Positions 25,451 through 39,600 of a DNA stretch of 64,000 nt are shown here, in pieces. The position numbers and the translations under genes are program-made. The notes beneath the pieces were generated by a model. It was not told where the DNA came from. It worked only from the letters and a program-made list of their open reading frames with translations, and made no database searches. The stretch lies in contig OZ024764.1 of the NCBI GenBank assembly GCA_964016885.1, forward strand, positions 18,972,001-19,036,000. Direction: 5' to 3'. Each line of letters opens with the position of its first letter. The first letter of the stretch is position 1. The stretch is from Eledone cirrhosa (Eukaryota).

Positions 25451-28400
25451 ACTGTAAAGTGGTCATGTAGGTGTCACAACAAAAAGTACCCAGTCCACAC
25501 TGTAAAGTGGTCATGTAGGTGTCATAACAAAAAGTACCCAGTCCACACTGTAAAGTGGTCATGTAGGTGTCACAACAAAAAGTACCCAGCCCACACTGTA
25601 AAGTGGTCATGTAGGTGTCATAACAAAAAGTACCCAGTCCACACTGTAGAGTGGTCAGGTAGGTATCATGACAAAAAGTACCCAGTCCACACTGTAAAGT
25701 GGTCATGTAGGTGTCACAACAAAAAGTACCCAGTCCACACTGTAAAGTGGTCATGTAGGTGTCATAACAAAAAGTACCCAGTCCACACTGTAATGTGGTC
25801 AGGTAGGTGTCACAACAAAAAGTACCCAGTCCACACTGTAAAGTGGTCAGGTAGGTGTCACAACAAAAAGTACCCAGTCCACACTGTAGAGTGGTCAGGT
25901 AGGTGTCACAACAAAAAGTACCCAGTCCACACTGTAAAGTAGTCATGTAGGTGTCATAACAAAAAGTACCCAGTCCACACTGTAAAGTGGTCAGGTAGGT
26001 GTCACAACAAAAAGTACCCAGTCCACACTGTAAAGTGGTCATGTAGGTGTCACAACAAAAAGTACCCAGTCCACACTGTAAAGTGGTCATGTAGGTGTCA
26101 TAACAAAAAGTACCCAGTCCACACTGTAAAGTGGTCAGGTAGGTGTCACAACAAAAAGTACCCAGTCCACACTGTAAAGTGGTCATGTAGGTGTCACAAC
26201 AAAAAGTACCCAGTCCACACTGTAAAGTGGTCATGTAGGTGTCATAACAAAAAGTACCCAGTCCACACTGTAAAGTGGTCATGTAGGTGTCATAACAAAA
26301 AGTACCCAGTCCACACTGTAAAGTGGTCATGTATGTGTCACAACAAAAAGTACCCAGTCCACACTGTAAAGTGGTCATGTAGGTGTCACAACAAAAAGTA
26401 CCCAGTCCACACTGTAAAGTGGTCATGTAGGTGTCACAACAAAAAGTACCCAGTCCACACTGTAAAGTGGTCATGTAGGTGTCACAACAAAAAGTACCCA
26501 GTCCACACTGTAAAGTGGTCATGTAGGTGTCATAACAAAAAGTACCCAGTCCACACTGTAAAGTGGTCAGGTAGGTGTCACAACAAAAAGTACCCAGTCC
26601 ACACTGTAAAGTGGTCATGTAGGTGTCACAACAAAAAGTACCCAGTCCACACTGTAAAGTGGTCATGTAGGTGTCATAACAAAAAGTACCCAGTCCACAC
26701 TGTAAAGTGGTCAGGTAGGTGGCACAACAAAAAGTACCCAGTCCACAGTGTAAAGTGGTCATGTAGGTGTCACAACAAAAAGTACCAAGTCCACACTGTA
26801 GAGTGGTCAGGTAGGTATCATGACAAAAAGTGCCCAGTCCACACTGTAAAGTGGTCATGTAGGTATCATGACAAAAAGTACCCAGTCCACACTGTAAAGT
26901 GGTAATGTAGGTGTCACAAAAAAAAACAACACCCAGTCCACACTGTAAAGTGGTCATGTAGGTGTCACGACAAAAAGTACCCAGTCCACCTCTGTAAAGT
27001 GGTCATGTAGGTGTCACAACAAAAAGTACCCAGTCCACACTGTAAAGTGGTCATGTAGGTGTCATAACAAAAAGTACCCAGTCCACACTGTAAAGTGGTC
27101 ATGTAGGTGTCACAACAAAAAGTACCCAGTCCACACTGTAAAGTGGTCATATAGGTGTCACAACAAAAAGTACCCAGTCCACCCTGTAAAGTGGTCATAT
27201 ATGTGTCACAACAAAAGGTACCCAGTCCACCCTGTAAAGTGGTCATGTATGTGTCACAACAAAAAGTACCCAGTCCACACTGTAAAGTGGACATGTAGGT
27301 GTCATGACAAAAAGTACCCAGTCCACACTGTAAAGTGGTCATGTAGGTGTCACAACAAAAAGTACCCAGTCCACACTGTAAAGTGGTCATGTAGGTGTCA
27401 CAACAAAAAGTACCCAGTCCACACTGTAAAGTGGTCATGTAGGTGTCACAACAAAAAGTACCAAGTCCACACTGTAGAGTGGTCAGGTAGGTATCATGAC
27501 AAAAAGTACCCAGTCCACCCTGTAAAGTGGTCATATATGTGTCACAACAAAAAGTACCCAGTCCACCCTGTAAAGTGGTCATGTATGTGTCACAACAAAA
27601 AGTACCCAGTCCACACTGTAAAGTGGTCATGTATGTGTCACAACAAAATTACCCAGTCCACACTGTAAAGTGGTCATGTAGGTGTCACAACAAAAAGTAC
27701 CCAGTCCACACTGTAAAGTGGTCATGTAGGTGTCATAACAAAAAGTACCCAGTCCACACTGTAGAGTGGTCAGGTAGGTATCATGACAAAAAGTACCCAG
27801 TCCACACTGTAAAGTGGTCATGTAGGTGTCACAACAAAAAGTACCCAGTCCACACTGTAAAGTGGTCATGTAGGTGTCATAACAAAAAGTACCCAGTCCA
27901 CACTATAAAGTGGTCAGGTAGGTGTCACAACAAAAAGTACCCAGTCCACACTGTAAAGTGGTTATGTAGGTGTCACAACAAAAAGTACCCAGTCCACACT
28001 GTAAAGTGGTCATGTAGGTGTCATAACAAAAAGTACCCACTCCACACTGTAAAGTGGTCAGGTAGGTGTCACAACAAAAAGTACCCAGTCCACACTGTAA
28101 AGTGGTCATGTAGGTGTCACAACAAAAAGTACCCAGTCCACACTGTAAAGTGGTCATGTATGTGTCACAACAAAAAGTACCCAGTCCACACTGTAAAGTG
28201 GTCATGTAGGTGTTACAACAAAACGTACCCAGTCCACACTGTAAAGTGGTCATGTAGGTGTCATAACAAAAAGTACCCAGTCCACACTGTAGAGTGGTAA
28301 GGTAGATGTCATGACAAAAAGTACCCAGTCCACACTGTAAAGTGGTCATGTAGGTGTCACAACAAAAAGTACCCAGTCCACACTGTAAAGTGGTCATGTA

Positions 28401-29600
28401 AGTGTCATAACAAAAAGTACCCAGTCCACACTGTAAAGTGGTCAGGTAGGTGTCACAACAAAAAGTACCCAGTCCACACTGTAAAGTGGTCATGTAGGTG
28501 TCACAACAAAAAGTACCCAGTCCACACTGTAAAGTGGTCATGTAGGTGTCATAACAAAAAGTACCCAGTCCACACTGTAAAGTGGTCAGGTAGGTGTCAC
28601 AACAAAAAGTACCCAGTCCACACTGTAAAGTGGTCATGTAGGTGTCACAACAAAAAGTACCAAGTCCACACTGTAGAGTGGTCAGGTAGGTATCATGACA
28701 AAAAGTACCCAGTCCACACTGTAAAGTGGTCATGTAGGTATCACGACAAAAAGTACCCAGTCCACACTGTAAAGTGGTAATGTAGGTGTCACAAAAAAAA
28801 ACAACACCCAGTCCACACTGTAAAGTGGTCATGTAGGTGTCACGACAAAAAGTACCCAGTCCACCTCTGTAAAGTGGTCATGTAGGTGTCACAACAAAAT
28901 ATACCCAGTCCACACTGTAAAGTGGTCATGTAGGTGTCACAACAAAAAGTACCCAGTCCACACTGTAAAGTGGTCATGTAGGTGTCACAACAAAAAGTAC
29001 CCAGTCCACACTGTAAAGTGGTCATGTAGGTGTCACAACAAAAAGTACCCAGTCCACACTGTAAAGTGGTCATGTAGGTGTCACAACAAAAAGTACCCAG
29101 TCCACACTGTAAAGTGGTCATGTAGGTGTCACAACAAAAAGTACCCAGTCCACCCTGTAAAGTGGTCATATATGTGTCACAACAAAAATTACCCAGTCCA
29201 CCCTGTAAAGTGGTCATGTATGTGTCACAACAAAAAGTACCCAGTCCACACTGTAAAGTGGTCATGTATGTGTCACAACAAAAAGTACCCAGTCCACACT
29301 GTAAAGTGGTCATGTAGGTGTCACAACAAAAAGTACCCAGTCCACACTGTAAAGTGGTCATGTAGGTGTCATAACAAAAAGTACCCAGTCCACACTGTAG
29401 AGTGGTCAGGTAGGTATCATGACAAAAAGTACCCAGTCCACACTGTAAAGTGGTCATGTAGGTGTCACAACAAAAAGTACCCAGTCCACACTGTAAAGTG
29501 GTCATGTAGGTGTCATAACAAAAAGTACCCAGTCCACACTGTAAAGTGGTCAGGTAGGTGTCACAACAAAAAGTACCCAGTCCACACTGTAAAGTGGTCA
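23375..29600. repeat. Block duplication, offset 4135 bp (86 monomers): ~23.4-25.45 kb copied at ~27.5-29.6 kb
   Basis: Shared rare markers: GTGGTTATG 23823/27958, CCCACTCC 23901/28036, TGTTACAACAAAACG 24076/28211, GTAAGTGTC 24263/28398. ORFs 23392/27527 and 23768/27903 are identical. Confidence 0.93.
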
Positions 29601-32600
29601 TGTAGGTGTCACAACAAAAAGTATCCAGTCCACACTGTAAAGTGGTCATGTAGGTGTCATAACAAAAAGTACCCAGTCCACACTGTAAAGTGGGCAGGTA
29701 GGTGTCACAACAAAAAGTACCCAGTCCACACTGTAAAGTGGTCATGTAGGTGTCACAACAAAAAGTACCCAGTCCACACTGTAAAGTGGTCATGTATGTG
29801 TCACAACAAAAAGTACCCAGTCCACACTGTAAAGTGGTCATGTAGGTGTCACAACAAAAAGTACCCAGTCCACACTGTAAAGTGGTCATGTAGGTGTCAT
29901 AACAAAAAGTACCCAGTCCACACTGTAGAGTGGTCATGTAGGTGTCACAACAAAAAGTACCCAGTCCACACTGTAAAGTGGTCATGTAGGTGTCATAACA
30001 AAAAGTACCCAGTCCACACTGTAAAGTGGTCATGTAGGTATCATGACAAAAAGTACCCAGTCCACACTGTAAAGTGGTCATGTAGGTATCATGACAAAAA
30101 GTACCCAGTCCACACTGTAAAGTGGTCATGTAGGTGTCACAACAAAAAGTACCCAGTCCACACTGTAAAGTGGTCATGTAGGTGTCATAACAAAAAGTAC
30201 CCAGTCCACACTGTAATGTGGTCAGGTAGGTGTCACAACAAAAAGTACCCAGTCCACACTGTAAAGTGGTCATGTAGGTGTCATAACAAAAAGTACCCAG
30301 TCCACACTGTAAAGTGGTCAGGTAGGTGGCACAACAAAAAGTACCCAGTCCACACTGTAAAGTGGTCATGTAGGTGTCAAAACAAAAAGTACCAAGTCCA
30401 CACTGTAGAGTGGTCAGGTAGGTATCATGACAAAAAGTACCCAGTCCACACTGTAAAGTGGTCATGTAGGTGTCATAACAAAAAGTACCCAGTCCACACT
30501 GTAAAGTGGTCAGGTAGGTGGCACAACAAAAAGTACCCAGTCCACACTGTAAAGTGGTCATGTAGGTGTCACAACAAAAAGTACCAAGTCCACACTGTAG
30601 AGTGGTCAGGTAGGTATCATGACAAAAAGTACCCAGTCCACACTGTAAAGTGGTCATGTAGGTATCATGACAAAAAGTACCCAGTCCACACTGTAAAGTG
30701 GTAATGTAGGTGTCACAAAAAACAACAACACCCAGTCCACACTGTAAAGTGGTCATGTAGGTGTCACGACAAAAAGTACCCAGTCCACCTCTGTAAAGTG
30801 GTCATGTAGGTGTCACAACAAAAAGTACCCAGTCCACACTGTAAAGTGGTCATGTAGGTGTCATAACAAAAAGTACCCAGTCCACACTGTAGAGTGGTCA
30901 GGTAGGTGTCACAACAAAAAGTACCCAGTCCACACTGTAAAGTAGTCATGTAGGTGTCATAACAAAAAGTACCCAGTCCACACTGTAAAGTGGTCAGGTA
31001 GGTGTCACAACAAAAAGTACCCAGTCCACACTGTAAAGTGGTCATGTAGGTGTCACAACAAAAAGTACCCAGTCCACACTGTAAAGTGGTCATGTAGGTG
31101 TCATAACAAAAAGTACCCAGTCCACACTGTAAAGTGGTCAGGTAGGTGTCACAACAAAAAGTACCCAGTCCACACTGTAAAGTGGTCATGTAGGTGTCAC
31201 AACAAAAAGTACCCAGTCCACACTGTAAAGTGGTCATGTAGGTGTCATAACAAAAAGTACCCAGTCCACACTGTAAAGTGGTCATGTAGGTGTCACAACA
31301 AAAAGTACCCAGTCCACACTGTAAAGTGGTCATATAGGTGTCACAACAAAAAGTACCCAGTCCACACTGTAAAGTGGTCATGTATGTGTCACAACAAAAA
31401 GTACCCAGTCCACACTGTAAAGTGGTCATGTAGGTGTCACAACAAAAAGTACCCAGTCCACACTGTAAAGTGGTCATGTATGTGTCACAACAAAAAGTAC
31501 CCAGTCCACACTGTAAAGTGGTCATGTAGGTGTCACAACAAAAAGTACCCAGTCCACACTGTAAAGTGGTCATGTAGGTGTCATAACAAAAAGTACCCAG
31601 TCCACACTGTAAAGTGGTCATGTAGGTGTCACAACAAAAAGTACCCAGTCCACACTGTAAAGTGGTCATATAGGTGTCACAACAAAAAGTACCCAGTCCA
31701 CACTGTAAAGTGGTCATGTAGGTGTCACAACAAAAAGTACCCAGTCCACACTGTAAAGTGGTCATGTAGGTGTCACAACAAAAAGTACCCAGTCCACACT
31801 GTAAAGTGGTCATGTATGTGTCACAACAAAAAGTACCCAGTCCACACTGTAAAGTGTTCATGTAGGTGTCATAACAAAAAGTACCCAGTCCACACTGTAA
31901 AGTGGTCATGTAGGTGTCACAACAAAAAGTACCCAGTCCACACTGTAAAGTGGTCATGTAGGTGTCACAACAAAAAGTACCCAGTCCACACTGTAAAGTG
32001 GTCATGTAGGTGTCATAACAAAAAGTACCCAGTCCACACTGTAGAGTGGTCATGTAGGTATCATGACAAAAAGTACCCAGTCCACACTGTAAAGTGGTCA
32101 TGTAGGTGTCACAAAAAAAAACAACACCCAGTCCACACTGTAAAGTGGTCAGGTAGGTATCATGACAAAAAGTACCCAGTCCACACTGTAGAGTGGTCAT
32201 GTAGGTATCATGACAAAAAGTACCCAGTCCACACTGTAAAGTGGTAATGTAGGTGTCACAAAAAAAAACAACACCCAGTCCACACTGTAGAGAGGTCAGG
32301 TAGGTATCATGACAAAAAGTACCCAGTCCACACTGTAAAGTGGTCATGTAGGTATCATGACAAAAAGTACCCAGTCCACACTGTAAAGTGGTAATGTAGG
32401 TGTCACAAAAAAAAACAACACCCAGTCCACACTGTAAAGTGGTCATGTAGGTGTCACAACAAAAAGTACCCAGTCCACACTGTAAAGTGGTAATGTAGGT
32501 GTCACAAAAAAAAACAACACCCAGTCCACACTGTAAAGTGGTCATGTAGGTGTCACGACAAAAAGTACCCAGTCCCCCTCTGTAAAGTGGTCATGTAGGT

Positions 32601-34849
32601 GTCACAACAAAAAGTACCCAGTCCACACTGTAAAGTGGTCATGTAGGTGTCACAACAAAAAGTACCCAGTCCACACTGTAAAGTGGTCATGTAGGTGTCA
32701 TAACAAAAAGTACCCAGTCCACACTGTAAAGTGGTCAGGTAGGTGTCACAACAAAAAGTACCCAGTCCACACTGTAAAGTGGTCATGTAGGTGTCACAAC
32801 AAAAAGTACCCAGTCCACACTGTAAAGTGGTCATGTAGGTGTCATAACAAAAAGTACCCAGTCCACACTGTAAAGTGGTCAGGTAGGTGTCACAACAAAA
32901 AGTACCCAGTCCACAGTGTAAAGTGGTCATGTAGGTGTCACAACAAAAAGTACCAAGTCCACACTGTAGAGTGGTCAGGTAGGTATCATGACAAAAAGTG
33001 CCCAGTCCACACTGTAAAGTGGTCATGTAGGTATCATGACAAAAAGTACCCAGTCCACACTGTAAAGTGGTAATGTAGGTGTCACAAAAAAAAACAACAC
33101 CCAGTCCACACTGTAAAGTGGTCATGTAGGTGTCACGACAAAAAGTACCCAGTCCACCTCTGTAAAGTGGTCATGTAGGTGTCACAACAAAAAGTACCCA
33201 GTCCACACTGTAAAGTGGTCATGTAGGTGTCATGACAAAAAGTACCCAGTCCACACTGTAAAGTGGTCATGTAGGTATCATGACAAAAAGTACCCAGTCC
33301 ACACGGTAATGTGGTCATGTAGGTGTCACAACAAAAAGTACTCAGTCCACACTGTAAAGTGGTCATGTAGGTGTCACAACAAAAAGTACCCAGTCCACCC
33401 TGTAAAGTGGTCATGTAGGTGGCACAACAAAAAGTACCCAGTCCACACTGTAAAGTGGTCATGTAGCTGTCACAACAAAAAGTACCCAATCCACACTGTA
33501 ATGTGGTCATACAGGTTTCACAACAAAAAGTACCCAGTCCACACTGTAAAGTGGACATGTAGGTGTCATGACAAAAAGTACCCAGTCCACACTGTAAAGT
33601 GGTCATGTAGGTGTCACAACAAAAAGTACCCAGTCCACACTGTAAAGTGGTCATGTAGGTGTCACAACAAAAAGTACCCAGTCCACACTGTAAAGTGGTC
33701 ATGTAGGTGTCACAACAAAAAGTACCCAGTCCACCCTGTAAAGTGGTCATGTAGGTGTCACAACAAAAAGTACCCAGTCCACACTGTAAAGTGGTCATGT
33801 AGCTGTCACAACAAAAAGTACCCAATCCACACTGTAATGTGGTCATACAGGTTTCACAACAAAAAGTACCCAGTCCACACTGTAATGTGGTCATATAGGT
33901 GTCGCAACAAAAAGTACCCAGTCCACACTGTAAAGTGGTGATGTAGGTGTCACAACAAAAAGTACCCAGTCCACACTGTAAAGTGGACATGTAGGTGTCA
34001 TGACAAAAAGTACCCAGTCCACACTGTAAAGTGGTCATGTAGGTGTCACAACAAAAAGTACCCAGTCCACACTGTAAAGTGGTCATGTAGGTGTCACAAC
34101 AAAAAGTACCCAGTCCACACTGTAAAGTGGTCATGTAGGTGTCACAACAAAAAGTACCCAGGCCACACTGTAAAGTGGTCATGTAGGTGTCACAACAAAA
34201 TATACCCAGTCCACACTGTAAAGTGGTCATGTAGGTGTCACAACAAAAAGTACCCAGTCCACACTGTAAAGTGGTCATGTAGGTGTCACAACAAAAAGTA
34301 CCCAGTCCACACTGTAAAGTGGTCATATAGGTGTCACAACAAAAAGTACCCAGTCCACCCTGTAAAGTGGTCATATATGTGTCACAACAAAAGGTACCCA
34401 GTCCACCCTGTAAAGTGGTCATGTATGTGTCACAACAAAAAGTACCCAGTCCACACTGTAAAGTGGACATGTAGGTGTCATGACAAAAAGTACCCAGTCC
34501 ACACTGTAAAGTGGTCATGTAGGTGTCACAACAAAAAGTACCCAGTCCACACTGTAAAGTGGTCATGTAGGTGTCACAACAAAAAGTACCCAGTCCACAC
34601 TGTAAAGTGGTCATGTAGGTGTCACAACAAAAAGTACCCAGGCCACACTGTAAAGTGGTCATGTAGGTGTCACAACAAAAAGTACCCAGTCCACACTGTA
34701 AAGTGGTCATGTAGGTGTCACAACAAAAAGTACCCAGTCCACACTGTAAAGTGGTCATGTAGGTGTCACAACAAAAAGTACCCAGTCCACACTGTAAAGT
34801 GGTCGTGTAGGTGTCACAACAAAAAGTACCCAGTCCACACTGTAAAGTG

Positions 34850-37800
34850 GTCATGTAGGTGTCACAACAAAAAGTACCCAGTCCACACTGTAAAGTGGTC
34901 ATGTAGGTGTCACAACAAAAAGTACCCAGTCCACCCTGTAAAGTGGTCATATATGTGTCACAACAAAAAGTACCCAGTCCACCCTGTAAAGTGGTCATGT
35001 ATGTGTCACAACAAAAAGTACCCAGTCCACACTGTAAAGTGGTCATGTATGTGTCACAACAAAATTACCCAGTCCACACTGTAAAGTGGTCATGTAGGTG
35101 TCACAACAAAAAGTACCCAGTCCACACTGTAAAGTGGTCATGTAGGTGTCATAACAAAAAGTACCCAGTCCACACTGTAGAGTGGTCAGGTAGGTATCAT
35201 GACAAAAAGTACCCAGTCCACACTGTAAAGTGGTCATGTAGGTGTCACAACAAAAAGTACCCAGTCCACACTGTAAAGTGGTCATGTAGGTGTCATAACA
35301 AAAAGTACCCAGTCCACACTATAAAGTGGTCAGGTAGGTGTCACAACAAAAAGTACCCAGTCCACACTGTAAAGTGGTCATGTAGGTGTCACAACAAAAA
35401 GTACCCAGTCCACACTGTAAAGTGGTCATGTAGGTGTCATAACAAAAAGTACCCAGTCCACACTGTAAAGTGGTCAGGTAGGTGTCACAACAAAAAGTAC
35501 CCAGTCCACACTGTAAAGTGGTCATGTAGGTGTCACAACAAAAAGTACCCAGTCCACACTGTAAAGTGGTCATGTATGTGTCACAACAAAAAGTACCCAG
35601 TCCACACTGTAAAGTGGTCATGTAGGTGTCACAACAAAAAGTACCCAGTCCACACTGTAAAGTGGTCATGTAGGTGTCATAACAAAAAGTACCCAGTCCA
35701 CACTGTAGAGTGGTAAGGTAGATGTCATGACAAAAAGTACCCAGTCCACACTGTAAAGTGGTCATGTAGGTGTCACAACAAAAAGTACCCAGTCCACACT
35801 GTAAAGTGGTCATGTAGGTGTCATAAGAAAAAGTACCCAGTCCACACTGTAAAGTGGTCAGGTAGGTGTCACAATAAAAAGTACCCAGTCCACACTGTAA
35901 AGTGGTCATGTAGGTGTCACAACAAAAAGTACCCAGTCCACACTGTAAAGTAGTCATGTAGGTGTCATAACAAAAAGTACCCAGTCCACACTGTAAAGTG
36001 GTCAGGTAGGTGTCACAACAAAAAGTACCCAGTCCACACTGTAAAGTGGTCAGGTAGGTGTCACAACAAAAAGTACCCAGTCCACACTGTAAAGTGGTCA
36101 TGTAGGTGTCACAACAAAAAGTACCCAGTCCACACTGTAAAGTGGTCATGTAGGTGTCATAACAAAAAGTACCCAGTCCACACTGTAAAGTGGTCAGGTA
36201 GGTGGCACAACAAAAAGTACCCAGTCCACACTGTAAAGTGGTCATGTAGGTGTCACAACAAAAAGTACCAAGTCCACACTGTAGAGTGGTCAGGTAGGTA
36301 TCATGACAAAAAGTACCCAGTCCACACTGTAAAGTGGTCATGTAGGTATCATGACAAAAAGTACCCAGTCCACACTGTAAAGTGGTAATGTAGGTGTCAC
36401 AAAAAAAAACAACACCCAGTCCACACTGTAAAGTGGTCATGTAGGTGTCACGACAAAAAGTACCCAGTCCACCTCTGTAAAGTGGTCATGTAGGTGTCAC
36501 AACAAAAAGTACCCAGTCCACCCTGTAAAGTGGTCATGTAGGTGTCACAACAAAAAGTACCCAGTCCACACTGTAAAGTAGTCATGTAGCTGTCACAACA
36601 AAAAGTACCCAATCCACACTGTAATGTGGTCATACAGGTTTCACAACAAAAAGTACCCAGTCCACACTGTAATGTGGTCATATAGGTGTCGCAACAAAAA
36701 GTACCCAGTCCACACTGTAAAGTGGTGATGTAGGTGTCACAACAAAAAGTACCCAGTCCACACTGTAAAGTGGACATGTAGGTGTCATGACAAAAAGTAC
36801 CCAGTCCACACTGTAAAGTGGTCATGTAGGTGTCACAACAAAAAGTACCCAGTCCACACTGTAAAGTGGTCATGTAGGTGTCACAACAAAAAGTACCCAG
36901 TCCACACTGTAAAGTGGTCATGTAGGTGTCACAACAAAAAGTACCCAGGCCACACTGTAAAGTGGTCATGTAGGTGTCACAACAAAATATACCCAGTCCA
37001 CACTGTAAAGTGGTCATGTAGGTGTCACAACAAAAAGTACCCAGTCCACACTGTAAAGTGGTCATGTAGGTGTCACAACAAAAAGTACCCAGTCCACACT
37101 GTAAAGTGGTCATATAGGTGTCACAACAAAAAGTACCCAGTCCACCCTGTAAAGTGGTCATATATGTGTCACAACAAAAGGTACCCAGTCCACCCTGTAA
37201 AGTGGTCATGTATGTGTCACAACAAAAAGTACCCAGTCCACACTGTAAAGTGGACATTTAGGTGTCATGACAAAAAGTACCCAGTCCACACTGTAAAGTG
37301 GTCATGTAGGTGTCACAACAAAAAGTACCCAGTCCACACTGTAAAGTGGTCATGTAGGTGTCACAACAAAAAGTACCCAGTCCACACTGTAAAGTGGTCA
37401 TGTAGGTGTCACAACAAAAAGTACCCAGGCCACACTGTAAAGTGGTCATGTAGGTGTCACAACAAAAAGTACCCAGTCCACACTGTAAAGTGGTCATGTA
37501 GGTGTCACAACAAAAAGTACCCAGTCCACACTGTAAAGTGGACATGTAGGTGTCATGACAAAAAGTACCCAGTCCACACTGTAAAGTGGTCATGTAGGTG
37601 TCACAACAAAAAGTACCCAGTCCACACTGTAAAGTGGTCATGTAGGTGTCACAACAAAAAGTACCCAGTCCACACTGTAAAGTGGTCATGTAGGTGTCAC
37701 AACAAAAAGTACCCAGGCCACACTGTAAAGTGGTCATGTAGGTGTCACAACAAAATATACCCAGTCCACACTGTAAAGTGGTCATGTAGGTGTCACAACA

Positions 37801-39600
37801 AAAAGTACCCAGTCCACACTGTAAAGTGGTCATGTAGGTGTCACAACAAAAAGTACCCAGTCCACACTGTAAAGTGGTCATATAGGTGTCACAACAAAAA
37901 GTACCCAGTCCACCCTGTAAAGTGGTCATATATGTGTCACAACAAAAGGTACCCAGTCCACCCTGTAAAGTGGTCATGTATGTGTCACAACAAAAAGTAC
38001 CCAGTCCACACTGTAAAGTGGACATTTAGGTGTCATGACAAAAAGTACCCAGTCCACACTGTAAAGTGGTCATGTAGGTGTCACAACAAAAAGTACCCAG
38101 TCCACACTGTAAAGTGGTCATGTAGGTGTCACAACAAAAAGTACCCAGTCCACACTGTAAAGTGGTCATGTAGGTGTCACAACAAAAAGTACCCAGGCCA
38201 CACTGTAAAGTGGTCATGTAGGTGTCACAACAAAAAGTACCCAGTCCACACTGTAAAGTGGTCATGTAGGTGTCACAACAAAAAGTACCCAGTCCACACT
38301 GTAAAGTGGTCATGTAGGTGTCACAACAAAAAGTACCCAGTCCACACTGTAAAGTGGTCATGTAGGTGTCACAACAAAAATTACCCAGTCCACACTGTAA
38401 AGTGGTCATGTAGGTGTCACAACAAAAAGTACCCAGTCCACACTGTAAAGTGGTCATGTAGGTGTCACAACAAAAAGTACCCAGTCCACCCTGTAAAGTG
38501 GTCATATATGTGTCACAACAAAAAGTACCCAGTCCACCCTGTAAAGTGGTCATGTATGTGTCACAACAAAAAGTACCCAGTCCACACTGTAAAGTGGTCA
38601 TGTATGTGTCACAACAAAATTACCCAGTCCACACTGTAAAGTGGTCATGTAGGTGTCACAACAAAAAGTACCCAGTCCACACTGTAAAGTGGTCATGTAG
38701 GTGTCATAACAAAAAGTACCCAGTCCACACTGTAGAGTGGTCAGGTAGGTATCATGACAAAAAGTACCCAGTCCACACTGTAAAGTGGTCATGTAGGTGT
38801 CACAACAAAAAGTACCCAGTCCACACTGTAAAGTGGTCATGTAGGTGTCATAACAAAAAGTACCCAGTCCACACTATAAAGTGGTCAGGTAGGTGTCACA
38901 ACAAAAAGTACCCAGTCCACACTGTAAAGTGGTCATGTAGGTGTCACAACAAAAAGTACCCAGTCCACACTGTAAAGTGGTCATGTAGGTGTCATAACAA
39001 AAAGTACCCAGTCCACACTGTAAAGTGGTCAGGTAGGTGTCACAACAAAAAGTACCCAGTCCACACTGTAAAGTGGTCATGTAGGTGTCACAACAAAAAG
39101 TACCCAGTCCACACTGTAAAGTGGTCATGTATGTGTCACAACAAAAAGTACCCAGTCCACACTGTAAAGTGGTCATGTAGGTGTCACAACAAAAAGTACC
39201 CAGTCCACACTGTAAAGTGGTCATGTAGGTGTCATAACAAAAAGTACCCAGTCCACACTGTAGAGTGGTAAGGTAGATGTCATGACAAAAAGTACCCAGT
39301 CCACACTGTAAAGTGGTCATGTAGGTGTCACAACAAAAAGTACCCAGTCCACACTGTAAAGTGGTCATGTAGGTGTCATAAGAAAAAGTACCCAGTCCAC
39401 ACTGTAAAGTGGTCAGGTAGGTGTCACAATAAAAAGTACCCAGTCCACACTGTAAAGTGGTCATGTAGGTGTCACAACAAAAAGTACCCAGTCCACACTG
39501 TAAAGTAGTCATGTAGGTGTCATAACAAAAAGTACCCAGTCCACACTGTAAAGTGGTCAGGTAGGTGTCACAACAAAAAGTACCCAGTCCACACTGTAAA
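34850..39600. repeat. Block duplication, offset 3555 bp (74 monomers): ~34.85-36.05 kb copied at ~38.4-39.6 kb
   Basis: ORFs 34907..35716 and 38462..39271 are identical. Rare markers CATAAGAAAA 35822/39377 and CACAATAAAA 35870/39425 are shared. Confidence 0.9.
36750..38280. repeat. Tandem 16-mer (768-bp) duplication
   Basis: The private variant GACATTTAGG occurs at 37253 and 38021, AAAATATAC at about 36984 and 37752, and GGACATG at about 36772 and 37540. Confidence 0.88.

Noticed and set aside
32110-32404. 144-147 bp trimer periodicity as nucleosome positioning
   Set aside because: 3x48 is arithmetically close to 147, but 4-, 5-, 8-, 9- and 16-mer periods are also present, so there is no specific support.
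37253-38032. Telomeric repeat (TTTAGG/TTAGG)
   Set aside because: It occurs only as a single-base variant in two duplicated monomers, and the consensus has no marked G-strand bias (10 G vs 11 C).
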